Both the position numbers and the translations under genes were made by a program. A stretch of DNA of 64,000 bases from an uncultured delta proteobacterium (GTDB taxonomy: Bacteria; Myxococcota_A; Polyangia; Polyangiales; Polyangiaceae): positions 6,560,001 through 6,624,000 of the forward strand of contig CAWAIF010000003.1 of assembly GCA_963782055.1 (NCBI GenBank), given 5' to 3'. Of this stretch, positions 9,793 to 19,156 are shown one piece after another. Numbering within the stretch: position 1 is the stretch's first letter; every line of letters starts with the position of its first letter. The notes beneath the pieces were generated by a model. That model made no database searches. It worked only from the letters and a program-made list of their open reading frames with translations, and was not told the origin of the DNA.

Positions 9793-11439
9793 TCACCCCG
9801 CGCGAGATCGGCCCGCCGCGACGGTGGTGCCCGCGCCCGCCGACGGGAGCACCACCCGGAACACCGTGCCACCGCCCGGCCGCGGCTCCGCCGCGATGCT
9901 GCCCCCGACCGACGTCACGATGCGATGGGAGATGGAGAGCCCCAGCCCGGTCCCGGCGCCCTCCTTGGTGGTGAAGAAGGGCTCGAAGATACGGTCACGA
10001 TTCTCCAGTGCGACCCCCACGCCGGTGTCGCTGATGCGGACCTCGACGTGGTCGCCGTCCGGCGACGTGACCGCCACCCGCACCTCGTGCTTGGCAGGGT
10101 CTCCCTCCGGGATGGACTGGGCCGCGTTGAGGAGGATGTTCAAGAAGACCTGGCCCAGGCTCGCCTCGGTGCCACGGACGAGCACGTGCTCGCCGTACTC
10201 CTTCACGAGGCGCGCGCGCGAGCGGAGCTCGTGCTCGGCCAGGTTCACGCACACGTCCAGGATGTGGGCGATGTCGGTCACGACGGTCCGATCGCCCTGC
10301 CCGCGCGCCAGCGTCTTCAGGTCGTGGACGATGTCGCGCATGCGCGCGGCACCCTCCTTCGCCATGCGCACGTGGGCCACCAACCTCTCGGCCACACGGG
10401 GCGGCACGTCGTCGCGGGCGAGCTCTCGCTCGAGCAGCTCCATGTTCCCCAGGATGTAGCCCAGCGGGTTGTTGAGCTCGTGCCCGATGGACGCGGAGAG
10501 CCGTCCGAGCGCCGCGAGGCGGTCCGACATCAAGAGCTGCGCCTCGATCTCCTTGCGGTCGGTGACGTCGCGGGCGATGGCCAGCACGCAGGGCTCGCCG
10601 TCGAACACCGCGTTGTGCGCGGCGATCTCCGCGACGAGGCTCGTGCCGTCCTTGCGCACGAGGCGCTCCTCGGTGAGCGGCGCGGGCACGCCACGGCTGA
10701 GCACGTCGTGGACACGGGCCAGCACGCGCGGGCGGTCGTCCAGGTGCACCAGATCGAGCGCCGGCATGCCGCGGATGTCGTCGTCCGGGCCGTAGCCGAG
10801 CATCGCCCGCGCGGCGGGGTTCAGGTACTGGAGCACGCCGTGGCGATGAACCAGGGCGCCGTCGGGCATGCTCTCGATCAGCGCGCGGAAGCTCGCCTCG
10901 GAGCGCTTGAGCGCGCGCTCGGCGCGGTCCCGCTGCGTGATGTCTCGCATGACCGCGTACCCGGCCGGGCGTCCCGCCAGCATCAGGTTGCCGCACGACA
11001 GCTCCACGGGGAAGACGGTGCCGTCCTTCGCGCGGTGCCAGCGGACGTCCACGCGCGACGTCGCGCCCGTCGCCGCGTGCTCGATCGCCTGCCGCGTCGA
11101 GTCGGGCTCGGCGCTCACGTCGGTCACCTTCAGCCCGCCCAGCGCCTCCTCGCGGGTGTAGCCGTAGAGGGCGACCCACGCGTCGTTGACGTCGAGCAGC
11201 GCGCCCGTCCCCGGATCGAAGAGCGACATCGGGTCGAGCTCGTGCGAGAAGACGAGGCGGTAGGTCTTCTCGCTCTCCAGCAGGGCGCGCGTGACCTCGG
11301 CCATCGTGAGCCGCTCCGCCTCGCCCGCGTGCGACGCTTCCACGATGCGACGCAGCTCGGGCAGGACGTCGGCGCGCCCCGCCTTCTCGAGCGCGCTCTG
11401 GACGATGGACAGGATCTCGCGCGGCTCCAAGGCATCCAC
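9793..11439 (-). CDS. Cytoplasmic double-PAS sensor histidine kinase
   Basis: Two PAS/PAC domains (RAKDGT, RKDGT); H-box HELNNPL; NAAQ, DTGVG, FFTTK and GTGLGL boxes. Start is approximate. Confidence 0.9.
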   Translation of the reverse strand: MDALEPREILSIVQSALEKAGRADVLPELRRIVEASHAGEAERLTMAEVTRALLESEKTYRLVFSHELDPMSLFDPGTGALLDVNDAWVALYGYTREEALGGLKVTDVSAEPDSTRQAIEHAATGATSRVDVRWHRAKDGTVFPVELSCGNLMLAGRPAGYAVMRDITQRDRAERALKRSEASFRALIESMPDGALVHRHGVLQYLNPAARAMLGYGPDDDIRGMPALDLVHLDDRPRVLARVHDVLSRGVPAPLTEERLVRKDGTSLVAEIAAHNAVFDGEPCVLAIARDVTDRKEIEAQLLMSDRLAALGRLSASIGHELNNPLGYILGNMELLERELARDDVPPRVAERLVAHVRMAKEGAARMRDIVHDLKTLARGQGDRTVVTDIAHILDVCVNLAEHELRSRARLVKEYGEHVLVRGTEASLGQVFLNILLNAAQSIPEGDPAKHEVRVAVTSPDGDHVEVRISDTGVGVALENRDRIFEPFFTTKEGAGTGLGLSISHRIVTSVGGSIAAEPRPGGGTVFRVVLPSAGAGTTVAAGRSRAG

Positions 11440-11593
11440 CCCGACCGCACACGCTAGCCTGTTTCGGGGTAGGGAGCCACGGATGCGCCACGCACGCCGC
11501 TCGTCCTCTCCGTTCTCGCCAGCGGGGAGGCGCTCCTGTGGAGATCGACTTCCCGGAGGTGCGTTTGGTGTGTGGCTGGCGGCGGCCATGCCC

Positions 11594-12373
11594 TCAGCCG
11601 ATCCACTCCCCCAGCGGCACCACCTCCAGCCCCTTGTCCTTCAGCCCGCGCAGGATCTCCGGGAGCGCCAGCACGCCCGCGGGATCGTGATCCCCCCGCT
11701 CCGCCGCGTCGTGCAGCAGCACGATCGCCCCGTCGCGCGCGCGGGCGATCACCCGCGCGGCCACGGCCTTCGGGTCCGCCGCGATGCCGTCGCGCGCGCC
11801 CACGCTCCACCCGATGACGCGCAGCTTGAGCTCGCGCAGCACGCGGGGCACGTGCGGCGTGGTGTGTCCGATGGGCGGCCGGAAGAGCGTCGTCCGCTTC
11901 CCGGTGATCTCCTTGACCACCCGCTGCGCCCGCCTCAGGTCCCGCCGCCAGGTCTCCGGCCCTCGCATCGCGAAGAGGCGGTCGTGCGCGTAGGAGTGCA
12001 GACCCACCGCGTGCCCGCGCTCCACGATGGCGCGCACCAGCTCGGGGTGCGCCTCCGCCTTCTTGCCGATGACGAAGAAGGTCGCCGTGGCGCCGGCGGC
12101 GTCCAGCGCGTCGAGGGCGCGCGGCGTCCACTCCGGGTCCGGGCCGTCGTCGAAGGTCAGCGCCACGCCCTTCGCCCCGCGCGGGCCGCGCACCGTCGCG
12201 TCGACGAAGACGCGCAGCCGCAGGAAGAAGACCCCACAGAGGACCGCCGCGACGTACACGGCGATGAACGCCGCCGCGACCCCGACGGGCGCGCGGTGCA
12301 CGAAGATGGCGCGCCCCGCGAAGGCGATCGCGGCGAGCGTCAGGGCGAGGAACGCGAGGCGCGCGGGGGGCAC
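11594..12373 (-). CDS. Membrane-anchored polysaccharide deacetylase (CE4/NodB)
   Basis: TFDDGP, HSYAH, FRPP and IVLLHD motifs; two N-terminal TM helices. Confidence 0.9.
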   Translation of the reverse strand: MPPARLAFLALTLAAIAFAGRAIFVHRAPVGVAAAFIAVYVAAVLCGVFFLRLRVFVDATVRGPRGAKGVALTFDDGPDPEWTPRALDALDAAGATATFFVIGKKAEAHPELVRAIVERGHAVGLHSYAHDRLFAMRGPETWRRDLRRAQRVVKEITGKRTTLFRPPIGHTTPHVPRVLRELKLRVIGWSVGARDGIAADPKAVAARVIARARDGAIVLLHDAAERGDHDPAGVLALPEILRGLKDKGLEVVPLGEWIG

Positions 12374-12381
12374 GCCCCGGA

Positions 12382-13848
12382 CTATACCGCGCGCGGCAGG
12401 TCGATCACGAAGCGCGCGCCTTGTGTGGTTTCTACATCGAGATCGATACTGCCGCCGGCGTCCTCCACCAGACCGCGGCACACCGCGAGGCCGAGACCCG
12501 TCCCCTGCCCCACCTCCTTGGTGGTGACGAAGGGCTCGAAGAGGCGCGCGACCACGCCCCGGTCGACGCCCGGGCCGGTGTCCTCCACCACCAGATGCAC
12601 GCGCTCCCCCTCTCGCCGGGCGTGGATGCGCAGGCGCGCGCCCTCCGTCCGCGCCGCGGTCATCGCGTCGCACGCGTTGAGCGCCAGGTTGAGCAGGACC
12701 TGCACCAGCCGCCCGTGCGCCATGCGCGCGGCGAGGCCCTCCGGCACGTCGGTCTCCACCTCCACCTCGCGGAACTGCTTCTGCGGGCGCAGCAGCCCCG
12801 TCACGTCGCCCACCGCCTCCCGCACGTCGGCGCGCGGGGGCGCGGCGTCGCTCGCCGGCCCCAGGTGCGCCTCCGGCCGGGCGAAGTCCAGCAGGTCGCG
12901 CAGCACGTGGTGGATGCGCTCGGTCTCGCGGTGCATGCGCTCGGTGAAGTCGCGCTGCTCGTCGGCGGACACGTCCCCGGAGAGGATGAGGTCCTGCATC
13001 CCCATGATGGCGGTGATGGGGTTGCCGATCTCGTGCGCGACGCCCGCGGCGAGCCGCCCGACGCTCGCCATCCGCTCGCTCTTGACGAGCTGTGCCTGCG
13101 CCTGCGTGAGGCGCTCACCGGCGCGGGTGAGCTCGTCCACCTTCCCGCGCAGGCTCTCCTCGTCGGCGATGAGGGCTGCGGCCATCGTCTCCACGCTGGC
13201 GCCCAGCTCGACCAGCTCGCGCGCGCCGGTCTTGGGCACGTCCAGCTTGCGCGCGCCGGAGGCGACGCGATCGGTCGCCCGCGCGAGCGACTCCACCGGC
13301 CGCACGATGAGCCGCGTGAGCGCGACGTACACGAGGAAGGACAGCGCGATGCCGAAGACCAGCATGTACACCGCGACCAGGCGCACCACCGGGGCCGCGC
13401 GGTCGGCGGCGGCGTCGGTGCGCATGCGCACCAGCACCACGCCCGTGCCGCGCGGGAGGGTGACGTCCAGCGCCTCGCCGCGGGCCCCGCGCACGCTGCG
13501 GTCGCTCTCCCCGTAGGGACGGGCAGGCGCCTGGAGCGCCGTCACCTCCCGCGCGTCCCCCGCGCAGGCCACGCGGCCGCCCGCCGCGTCGAAGACGCAG
13601 GCCGCGTCCACGCCGCCGGCGCCCACGTGGCTCTCCAGGACGTGTCGCAGCGCCGCCGGGTCCTCCACGTCCGTCTCGGCGACGTGGGCCGCCACCGCGC
13701 GCCCCAGCGAGCGCGCGTCGTCGACGCGCACCGAGTAGAGCGTCACGCGCAAGAGGCTGGCCACCGCGAAGAAGAGGGGCAGGAAGGCGAGCGCCATCAG
13801 CCCCACGATGGCGAGCACGATCTGGAGGCGAAGGCCGAGCGCGCGCAT
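12382..13848 (-). CDS. Membrane HAMP sensor histidine kinase
   Basis: Two TM helices, HAMP, HEIGNP, NACDA, DTGPG, FVTTK and GTGLGL. Confidence 0.9.
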   Translation of the reverse strand: MRALGLRLQIVLAIVGLMALAFLPLFFAVASLLRVTLYSVRVDDARSLGRAVAAHVAETDVEDPAALRHVLESHVGAGGVDAACVFDAAGGRVACAGDAREVTALQAPARPYGESDRSVRGARGEALDVTLPRGTGVVLVRMRTDAAADRAAPVVRLVAVYMLVFGIALSFLVYVALTRLIVRPVESLARATDRVASGARKLDVPKTGARELVELGASVETMAAALIADEESLRGKVDELTRAGERLTQAQAQLVKSERMASVGRLAAGVAHEIGNPITAIMGMQDLILSGDVSADEQRDFTERMHRETERIHHVLRDLLDFARPEAHLGPASDAAPPRADVREAVGDVTGLLRPQKQFREVEVETDVPEGLAARMAHGRLVQVLLNLALNACDAMTAARTEGARLRIHARREGERVHLVVEDTGPGVDRGVVARLFEPFVTTKEVGQGTGLGLAVCRGLVEDAGGSIDLDVETTQGARFVIDLPRAV

Positions 13849-13873
13849 CAGGCGTCGCCCCGCGACGGGCGCG

Positions 13874-15031
13874 TCACTCCGCGTCGATCCAGTCGGAGAG
13901 GGTGGCGACGCCCGCGTCGTCCACCGCGTGCGAGACGATGGGCGGCATCTGCCCGGTGCCGCGGAAGCTCACCAGCTCCACCACCAGGCTCTTCGACGCG
14001 TCCCCCGGGGTGATGCGCTGGTAGCCCTGGTTCTTGTAGGTGGCGTAGTCCGCCGACTGCGGGGCGACGCCCACCGCGGTGGTCCACGTGTCCAGCGTCG
14101 TCACGTCCACCCCGCCGTCGGCCACGCCGCCGTCGGCCACGCCCCCGCCCAGCACGTCGGCCGCCGGCAGGCGCATGTACAGGCCGCTGAAGAAGGCGCC
14201 CGCGTTCTGGTTGCGGTTGTGGCAGGTCACGCCGCAGTTCATGTGCAGGTAGCCGAGCGCGGGCCCCGCCTTGCCGGTCGCGTCCTCCGGGAGCGTCGCC
14301 TGCGTCTTGGGCGGGGGGCTGGTGAGCCGCCCCTGGCTCGCCAGCCATTCCAGGGTGACGCCCTGCGCGGCGGCGAGCGAGGAGGCGATCGCCTCCACGC
14401 CGAGCACCTTGTCCTTGCGACCGCCGTGGCACTGGTCGCACGCCAGATGATCGGGGATCTCGTAGGTGCCCGCGATGCCCTTCTCGCCGTCGTCGGCGCG
14501 GGTGGCGTCGGTCTCGTCGTCCGTCCAGCGGTAGGTGGTCCACGTCCAGTCCGTCGTGCCTCGCTTGTAAAATACACGCGTTTCGATCCGCTTGCCGCCG
14601 ACCTTGAACTCCTTGAAGGTCCGCGTGCCGACGGGGAACTTCCACTCGTCCATGTCGGTCGTGTCAATCTTCTGGCCGGGGGGCAGGTAGATCCAGCGCT
14701 GCTTCTCCGCACCGTCGCTCCAGAAGGAGACGCCCGGCGCGTACGGCAGCACGTCCGCCGCCACCGTCTTCTTCGCGATGTCGGAGTAGAGGCCGGCGCA
14801 CGCGAGGTGGGTGGGGAGCTCGCCCGGACCGGCGTCGTCGTCGGCGCAGGGACCGGCGTCGGCCGCGTCTGCGTCGCTCGCGTCGAGCGCGTCGGGCGCG
14901 GCGTCGCCGGCCTCGACCGGCGTCTCGTCGCCGGCGTCGGAGGGAGGCTGCGCGGCGGCGTCGCCGGAGCAGCCGGCGGCGGCGAGCAGCAGCCCGGTGG
15001 CGACGAGAGGCCAGGCCCGGTGCAGCGTCAT
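13874..15031 (-). CDS. Diheme c-type cytochrome lipoprotein
   Basis: Lipobox LAAAGC; FWSDGAEKQRW motif; CDQCH and CGVTCH heme motifs; QMPP. ATGA overlap with the upstream gene. Confidence 0.75.
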   Translation of the reverse strand: MTLHRAWPLVATGLLLAAAGCSGDAAAQPPSDAGDETPVEAGDAAPDALDASDADAADAGPCADDDAGPGELPTHLACAGLYSDIAKKTVAADVLPYAPGVSFWSDGAEKQRWIYLPPGQKIDTTDMDEWKFPVGTRTFKEFKVGGKRIETRVFYKRGTTDWTWTTYRWTDDETDATRADDGEKGIAGTYEIPDHLACDQCHGGRKDKVLGVEAIASSLAAAQGVTLEWLASQGRLTSPPPKTQATLPEDATGKAGPALGYLHMNCGVTCHNRNQNAGAFFSGLYMRLPAADVLGGGVADGGVADGGVDVTTLDTWTTAVGVAPQSADYATYKNQGYQRITPGDASKSLVVELVSFRGTGQMPPIVSHAVDDAGVATLSDWIDAE

Positions 15032-16351
15032 TGCGGCTTGTATCCTACACGAAAGACGCGACCGCCCGTGTCGTCGGAGAAGTAGACCGCGCCGCTGGGC
15101 GCCTGGCGGACGTCCACCGGGCGCGCGTCCCACGTGCCCTCCTCGAGCTGACCGCCCTGCCCCATCTTGCCGAGGATGGGATCGACCGCGGTGATCTTGC
15201 CGTTCTTGACGGTGGCGCGCGCGAGCACCCGCCCCACCGCGGGCTGCCGGTTCCACGACCCGTGCGAGGTGATGAGGAAGTCCCCCGCGTAGGGCAGCGC
15301 GTTGCCGGTGTACTGGATGATGCCCAGCGGCGCCCAGTGCCCCTGCATGACGAACTGCGGCGGCTGGACGTTGGCGGTGTCCTGACACCAGCCGTCGGTC
15401 TGCTGGACGTTCTGCGGGATGGTCTGGTCCGCCCACTGCGTGCCCGGGCCCTTGCCGCCGGTGACCTTGCCCTCGCTCCAGCAGAGCGGGTAGCCGTAGA
15501 ACCCGCCGGGCGCGCCGAAGAGGTTGATCTCCTCGCCGGGGTTGTCGTCGTGGATGTCCCCGCCGAAGTCGGCGTCGGTGAGGTTGTCGCGGCCATTCTC
15601 CACGCCCCAGAGGCGGTCCTGCGCGTCGACGAAGAGGCCCACCTCGTTGCGCAGGCCGGTGCCGATGACCTCGCCCTGGGTGTAGTCGATGCCGCCGGCG
15701 GGGAGCGGGTCGGTGAGGGTGAAGCGGCGCACCTGCGCGCGGGTGTCGCGCAGGGTCTGGTCGGTGTCCACGTTGTCGGCGGAGCCGATGTTCACGACCA
15801 TGCGGCCCTGCGAGTCGAACTGCAGGGTGCGGGTGTTGTGGTTGCCCCCGCCGGGCATGTTCTTGACGACGACCTCGGCTGCGCCGCTCGCCTTGCGCAG
15901 GCCGGACGTGTACGCCCAGCGGTAGACCGTGGTGTCGCTGGAGGCGTAGAGGAACTTGCCGTCGCGGGAGAAGGCGAGGCCGTGGTTGAGACCGGGCGCC
16001 GTCGCGAAGGTCTGCCGCTCCTGAGGAGCGCTCACGCCGTCGCCGTCGTCGTCGTAGACGACCACCACCGCGCCGTCGTTGATGAAGAGAATCGCCGTTG
16101 GGGGCGACATCGATCTGCCGGGCCGGACCGAGACCGGTGGCGTACACGACGACGCAGAGGCGCGGGTCGGCCGTCCACGCGCCTGCGTACGCGGGGCCCT
16201 TGCACGTGTCGGCGGGCGGACCGGCGTCCGCGCCGGCCTCCGGCTGGGTGGCGTCGGCGCCGGAGTCACCCGGGGTGGCTGCGTCGTCCCCGCCGCACGC
16301 GGCGAGGGCCAGGAGCAAGGAGAGGGACAAGGAAGCGCCGGCAGCCCGCAT
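15028..16351 (-). pseudogene. PQQ-dependent glucose/sorbosone dehydrogenase-family lipoprotein with an apparent 1-nt frameshift at about 16090 (real lesion or sequencing error)
   Basis: The N-terminus (MRAAG...LAAC...RQIDVAPNGD) and the body (LFINDG...HNTRTL, GLRNEVG, VENGRD, EEIN, YGYP, HWAPLG, HGSWNR, RPVDV) are in different frames. Removing one A at 16090/16091 joins them. Confidence 0.85.
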
Positions 16352-16403
16352 CGTTCGAGGGTGCGACGGGGCGCGCCGACGCGCAAGGCCCACCGGCCGC
16401 GCC

Positions 16404-16688
16404 TCAACGCGACGCGGACGACGCCGGCGCGGCCAGGTAGTCGACCATGAGCGCCCACTGCGCCTCGGTCATGTGCACGCGCGTCCGGTGGCGCACGAAC
16501 GCCTTCTCCAGGTGCGCCCGCGTGCGCGTCCCCGGCTCCACCCGGCGGTGGCATCCGCCGCACCGCGCGTGGTGGATCTCCGCAACGACCGCGTACCTGG
16601 GGTCCACCGGACGCGGCGGCGGCGAGCCGCAGGCGATCGCGAGCGCCCCCGCCAGGACCGCGAGCAGAGGGACCGTCCACCACTTCAC
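16404..16688 (-). CDS. Small monoheme cytochrome c lipoprotein
   Basis: Signal peptide with LAIAC lipobox; CGGCH; C-terminal MVDYL helix. Confidence 0.7.
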   Translation of the reverse strand: MKWWTVPLLAVLAGALAIACGSPPPRPVDPRYAVVAEIHHARCGGCHRRVEPGTRTRAHLEKAFVRHRTRVHMTEAQWALMVDYLAAPASSASR

Positions 16689-16719
16689 GCCCGGACCATA
16701 GCGCGCCAGCCCGCGCCGC

Positions 16720-17568
16720 TCACCCCCGGACGCCGAACGCCTGCTCAATCGCGCGCGCGATGCCTCCGCCGTCGAAGGCGGTCTCGTCCAGCACGTCCGT
16801 GGCGACGGACTTCACCGCGTCGGGCGCCTGGCCCATCGCGAAGGAGCGCCCGGCCGCCTCGAACATGGGGACGTCGTTGACCCAGTCGCCCACGCACACC
16901 GTCTCCTCGAGGGTGACGCCGTGGTGGGTGGCCAGCCACTTGAGCGCGGAGCCCTTGTTGCCTCCGGCGGCGCGCACCAGCATGCCCCACGTCGCCTCGA
17001 GGCGGCGTGTCGGGAAGGTGGCGACCTGCGCGGCCGCGCCGAGCGCGCGGGCGATGCCCTCGGCGGCGCACTGGATCTCGGCGAGGGTACCCACCGCCAC
17101 CACAGCCGTCACGCCCTCCTCCGTCTCCCAGTGCCCGTGCTCCACCACGCGCTCGGTGTGCACGACGGAGGTGGACCAGGTGCTCACGTAGTCGAGGTAC
17201 GGCGTGCCCGCGTCGTCGTGAACGACCTGGTCCTGCGCGAAGAGGAACGTCGCCGCGGCCGTGTCGGTGAGCACGCGCCGCAGCGCGCGGGCGTGGGTGC
17301 CGATGAGCCCGTGGTGGAAGAGCGTGCGGTGCGTCTCGGTGGAGACGAGCTGGCTGCCGTCCACGCACCCGACAGGTCCGACGAGGCCGATGCGCTCCGC
17401 CGCCGGGCGGGTGCCGGAGTAGAGGCGCCCCGTGAGGATGGTCGTCGCGATGCCCTGCGCCATGAGCGCGCGCAGGGCGCGCACGTCCGCTTCGTGAGGG
17501 ACTCCCGACGGATCGAGCAGGGTGCCGTCCAGGTCCACGGCCAGAAGCTTGTATCTTTCGCGTCCCAC
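16720..17568 (-). CDS. Cof-type HAD-IIB hydrolase
   Basis: DLDGTL, TGR, NKG and GDWVND motifs. Confidence 0.9.
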   Translation of the reverse strand: MGRERYKLLAVDLDGTLLDPSGVPHEADVRALRALMAQGIATTILTGRLYSGTRPAAERIGLVGPVGCVDGSQLVSTETHRTLFHHGLIGTHARALRRVLTDTAAATFLFAQDQVVHDDAGTPYLDYVSTWSTSVVHTERVVEHGHWETEEGVTAVVAVGTLAEIQCAAEGIARALGAAAQVATFPTRRLEATWGMLVRAAGGNKGSALKWLATHHGVTLEETVCVGDWVNDVPMFEAAGRSFAMGQAPDAVKSVATDVLDETAFDGGGIARAIEQAFGVRG

Positions 17569-17676
17569 GCCCTTACCCCCGCCGCCCTCTTGCTGATCGC
17601 GGCGGCGGCGCGCTCGCGAGGCACCCCGCTTGTACGGCAGCGAGGTCACGAGCCGGTCACGACGAGCGTCCGCCGC

Positions 17677-17940
17677 TCAGGCCTTGGCGGCCGGGTAGAC
17701 GGAGATCTTCTGCTGGTCCTTGGAGCGCCACTCGAACGTCACCACGCCGTCGATGAGGGCGAAGAGGGTGAAGTCCTTCCCGCGCCCGACGTTCTTGCCG
17801 GCGGCGATGCTGCTGCCGACCTGCCGCACGAGGATGCTGCCCGCGGTGACGCTGGTGCCACCGTAGACCTTCACCCCGCGCCGCTGGGAGTTTGAATCGC
17901 GCCCGTTGCGCGTGCTGCCTGCGCCTTTTTTGTGAGCCAT
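17677..17940 (-). CDS. rpmA: 50S ribosomal protein L27
   Basis: [16 protein letters not shown] signature. Confidence 0.99.
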   Translation of the reverse strand: MAHKKGAGSTRNGRDSNSQRRGVKVYGGTSVTAGSILVRQVGSSIAAGKNVGRGKDFTLFALIDGVVTFEWRSKDQQKISVYPAAKA

Positions 17941-17952
17941 GATCGACCTCTC

Positions 17953-18264
17953 TCAGCCCTTGATGTTGGTGATCTCGAGGGCGGTGAACGGCTGGCGGTG
18001 GCCGGCCTTGCGACGGTAGTTCTTGCGGCGGCGGAACTTGAAGACGATGATCTTCTTGTCACGGTCCTGAGCCGTGATCTTGGCTTCCACCTTGGCGCCC
18101 GCCACGAGGGGCTGCCCGAGCTTGATGCCGTCGCCCTCGCCGACGAGGAGCACCTCGTCGAAGGTGACGCTGGTGCCCACGTCCCCGAGAAGCTTCTCGA
18201 CCCGGAGCTTGTCGCCCTGAGCCACCCGGTACTGCTTACCGCCCGTCCTGATCACCGCGTACAT
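17953..18264 (-). CDS. rplU: 50S ribosomal protein L21
   Basis: [12 protein letters not shown]...GHRQ; canonical rplU-rpmA order. Confidence 0.99.
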   Translation of the reverse strand: MYAVIRTGGKQYRVAQGDKLRVEKLLGDVGTSVTFDEVLLVGEGDGIKLGQPLVAGAKVEAKITAQDRDKKIIVFKFRRRKNYRRKAGHRQPFTALEITNIKG

Positions 18265-18373
18265 GATGCGTTCCCTCTTGTGTTCCCATGACGAAGCACG
18301 GGTGGCCGCGACGGCCAGGGCCGCGGCGGGGTTTGCCTGGCCGGGCGGAGGCTCCGCCGGACCGGGGCGCGGA

Positions 18374-18401
18374 AGTATGCTGACCTGGCCCCTGGTGTCA
18401 A
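18374..18401 (-). promoter_or_regulatory. sigma70-type promoter of rplU-rpmA
   Basis: Minus-strand TTGACA-N16-CATACT about 110 nt upstream of rplU. Confidence 0.7.
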
Positions 18402-18443
18402 GCGAAGGCGGCGACGGATCGGAGATTGCATCGGGAGGACGCC

Positions 18444-19061
18444 ATGACTCTGCGCGTGGGTAGTGCCCTGATTCTCGCTGGATTCGTGCTCTCCGCCTGC
18501 AGCGCGACCAATCCGGGGGTGGAAGGTTTGACCAGGCCCCTGGCCGGGGGCGAAGGGGGGATCCTGGAGGGGGGGACGGGGGAGAGCGGTGCGGACGCGG
18601 CGGCGGACGCGGGATCCGACGCCACGGCCCAGAGCAACGCCTTCACGGGGGCGGGAGCCTACGCCAGCCAGCAGCCGGCCACCACGGCCGCGATGTTCCA
18701 CGACAACAACAGCGTGGGCATCACCCCGGGCAAAGGCACGCCCTGCCTGTCCTGCCACGGCAACGGGGGCAACGGTAAGGAGTTCCTCTTCGCGGGGACG
18801 GTCTTCCAGGACCAGGCCGGCACGATGCCCGCCGCCGACACGGAGGTGAGGGTCCGGGGGATCGACGGCACCGCCTTTCTCTCCCACAGCGACGCCGACG
18901 GCAACTTCTGGTTCGTGAAGGGCCAGGCCGACAACCTGCAATTTCCTGCCCAGTGCGGGGGGCGCGACGCCGCCCAGACGGCCCTGATGGTGGGGACCAT
19001 CGCGACGGGGGACTGCAACAGCTGTCACGCGAACAACACGGACGCAACGCACGTGCCCTGA
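18444..19061 (+). CDS. Diheme cytochrome c-like lipoprotein with a carboxypeptidase-regulatory-like beta domain
   Basis: GGAGGA RBS; LSAC lipobox; CLSCH and CNSCH flank AGTVF...DADGNF. Confidence 0.75.
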   Translation: MTLRVGSALILAGFVLSACSATNPGVEGLTRPLAGGEGGILEGGTGESGADAAADAGSDATAQSNAFTGAGAYASQQPATTAAMFHDNNSVGITPGKGTPCLSCHGNGGNGKEFLFAGTVFQDQAGTMPAADTEVRVRGIDGTAFLSHSDADGNFWFVKGQADNLQFPAQCGGRDAAQTALMVGTIATGDCNSCHANNTDATHVP

Positions 19062-19156
19062 CCGCCCCTCCCCGGCCGTTGCTTCCACCGATTTCGCGGG
19101 GGAGAGCGCGCCTACGGGCTTGGGCGGTCTGGGGGATTCGGGTATAGCCCTCAGCC

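Noticed and set aside
13874..16393. 839-aa ORF read as one fusion protein
   Set aside because: It is an artefact of the frameshift at about 16090: the dehydrogenase N-terminus, out-of-frame sequence, then a separate cytochrome gene with its own signal peptide.
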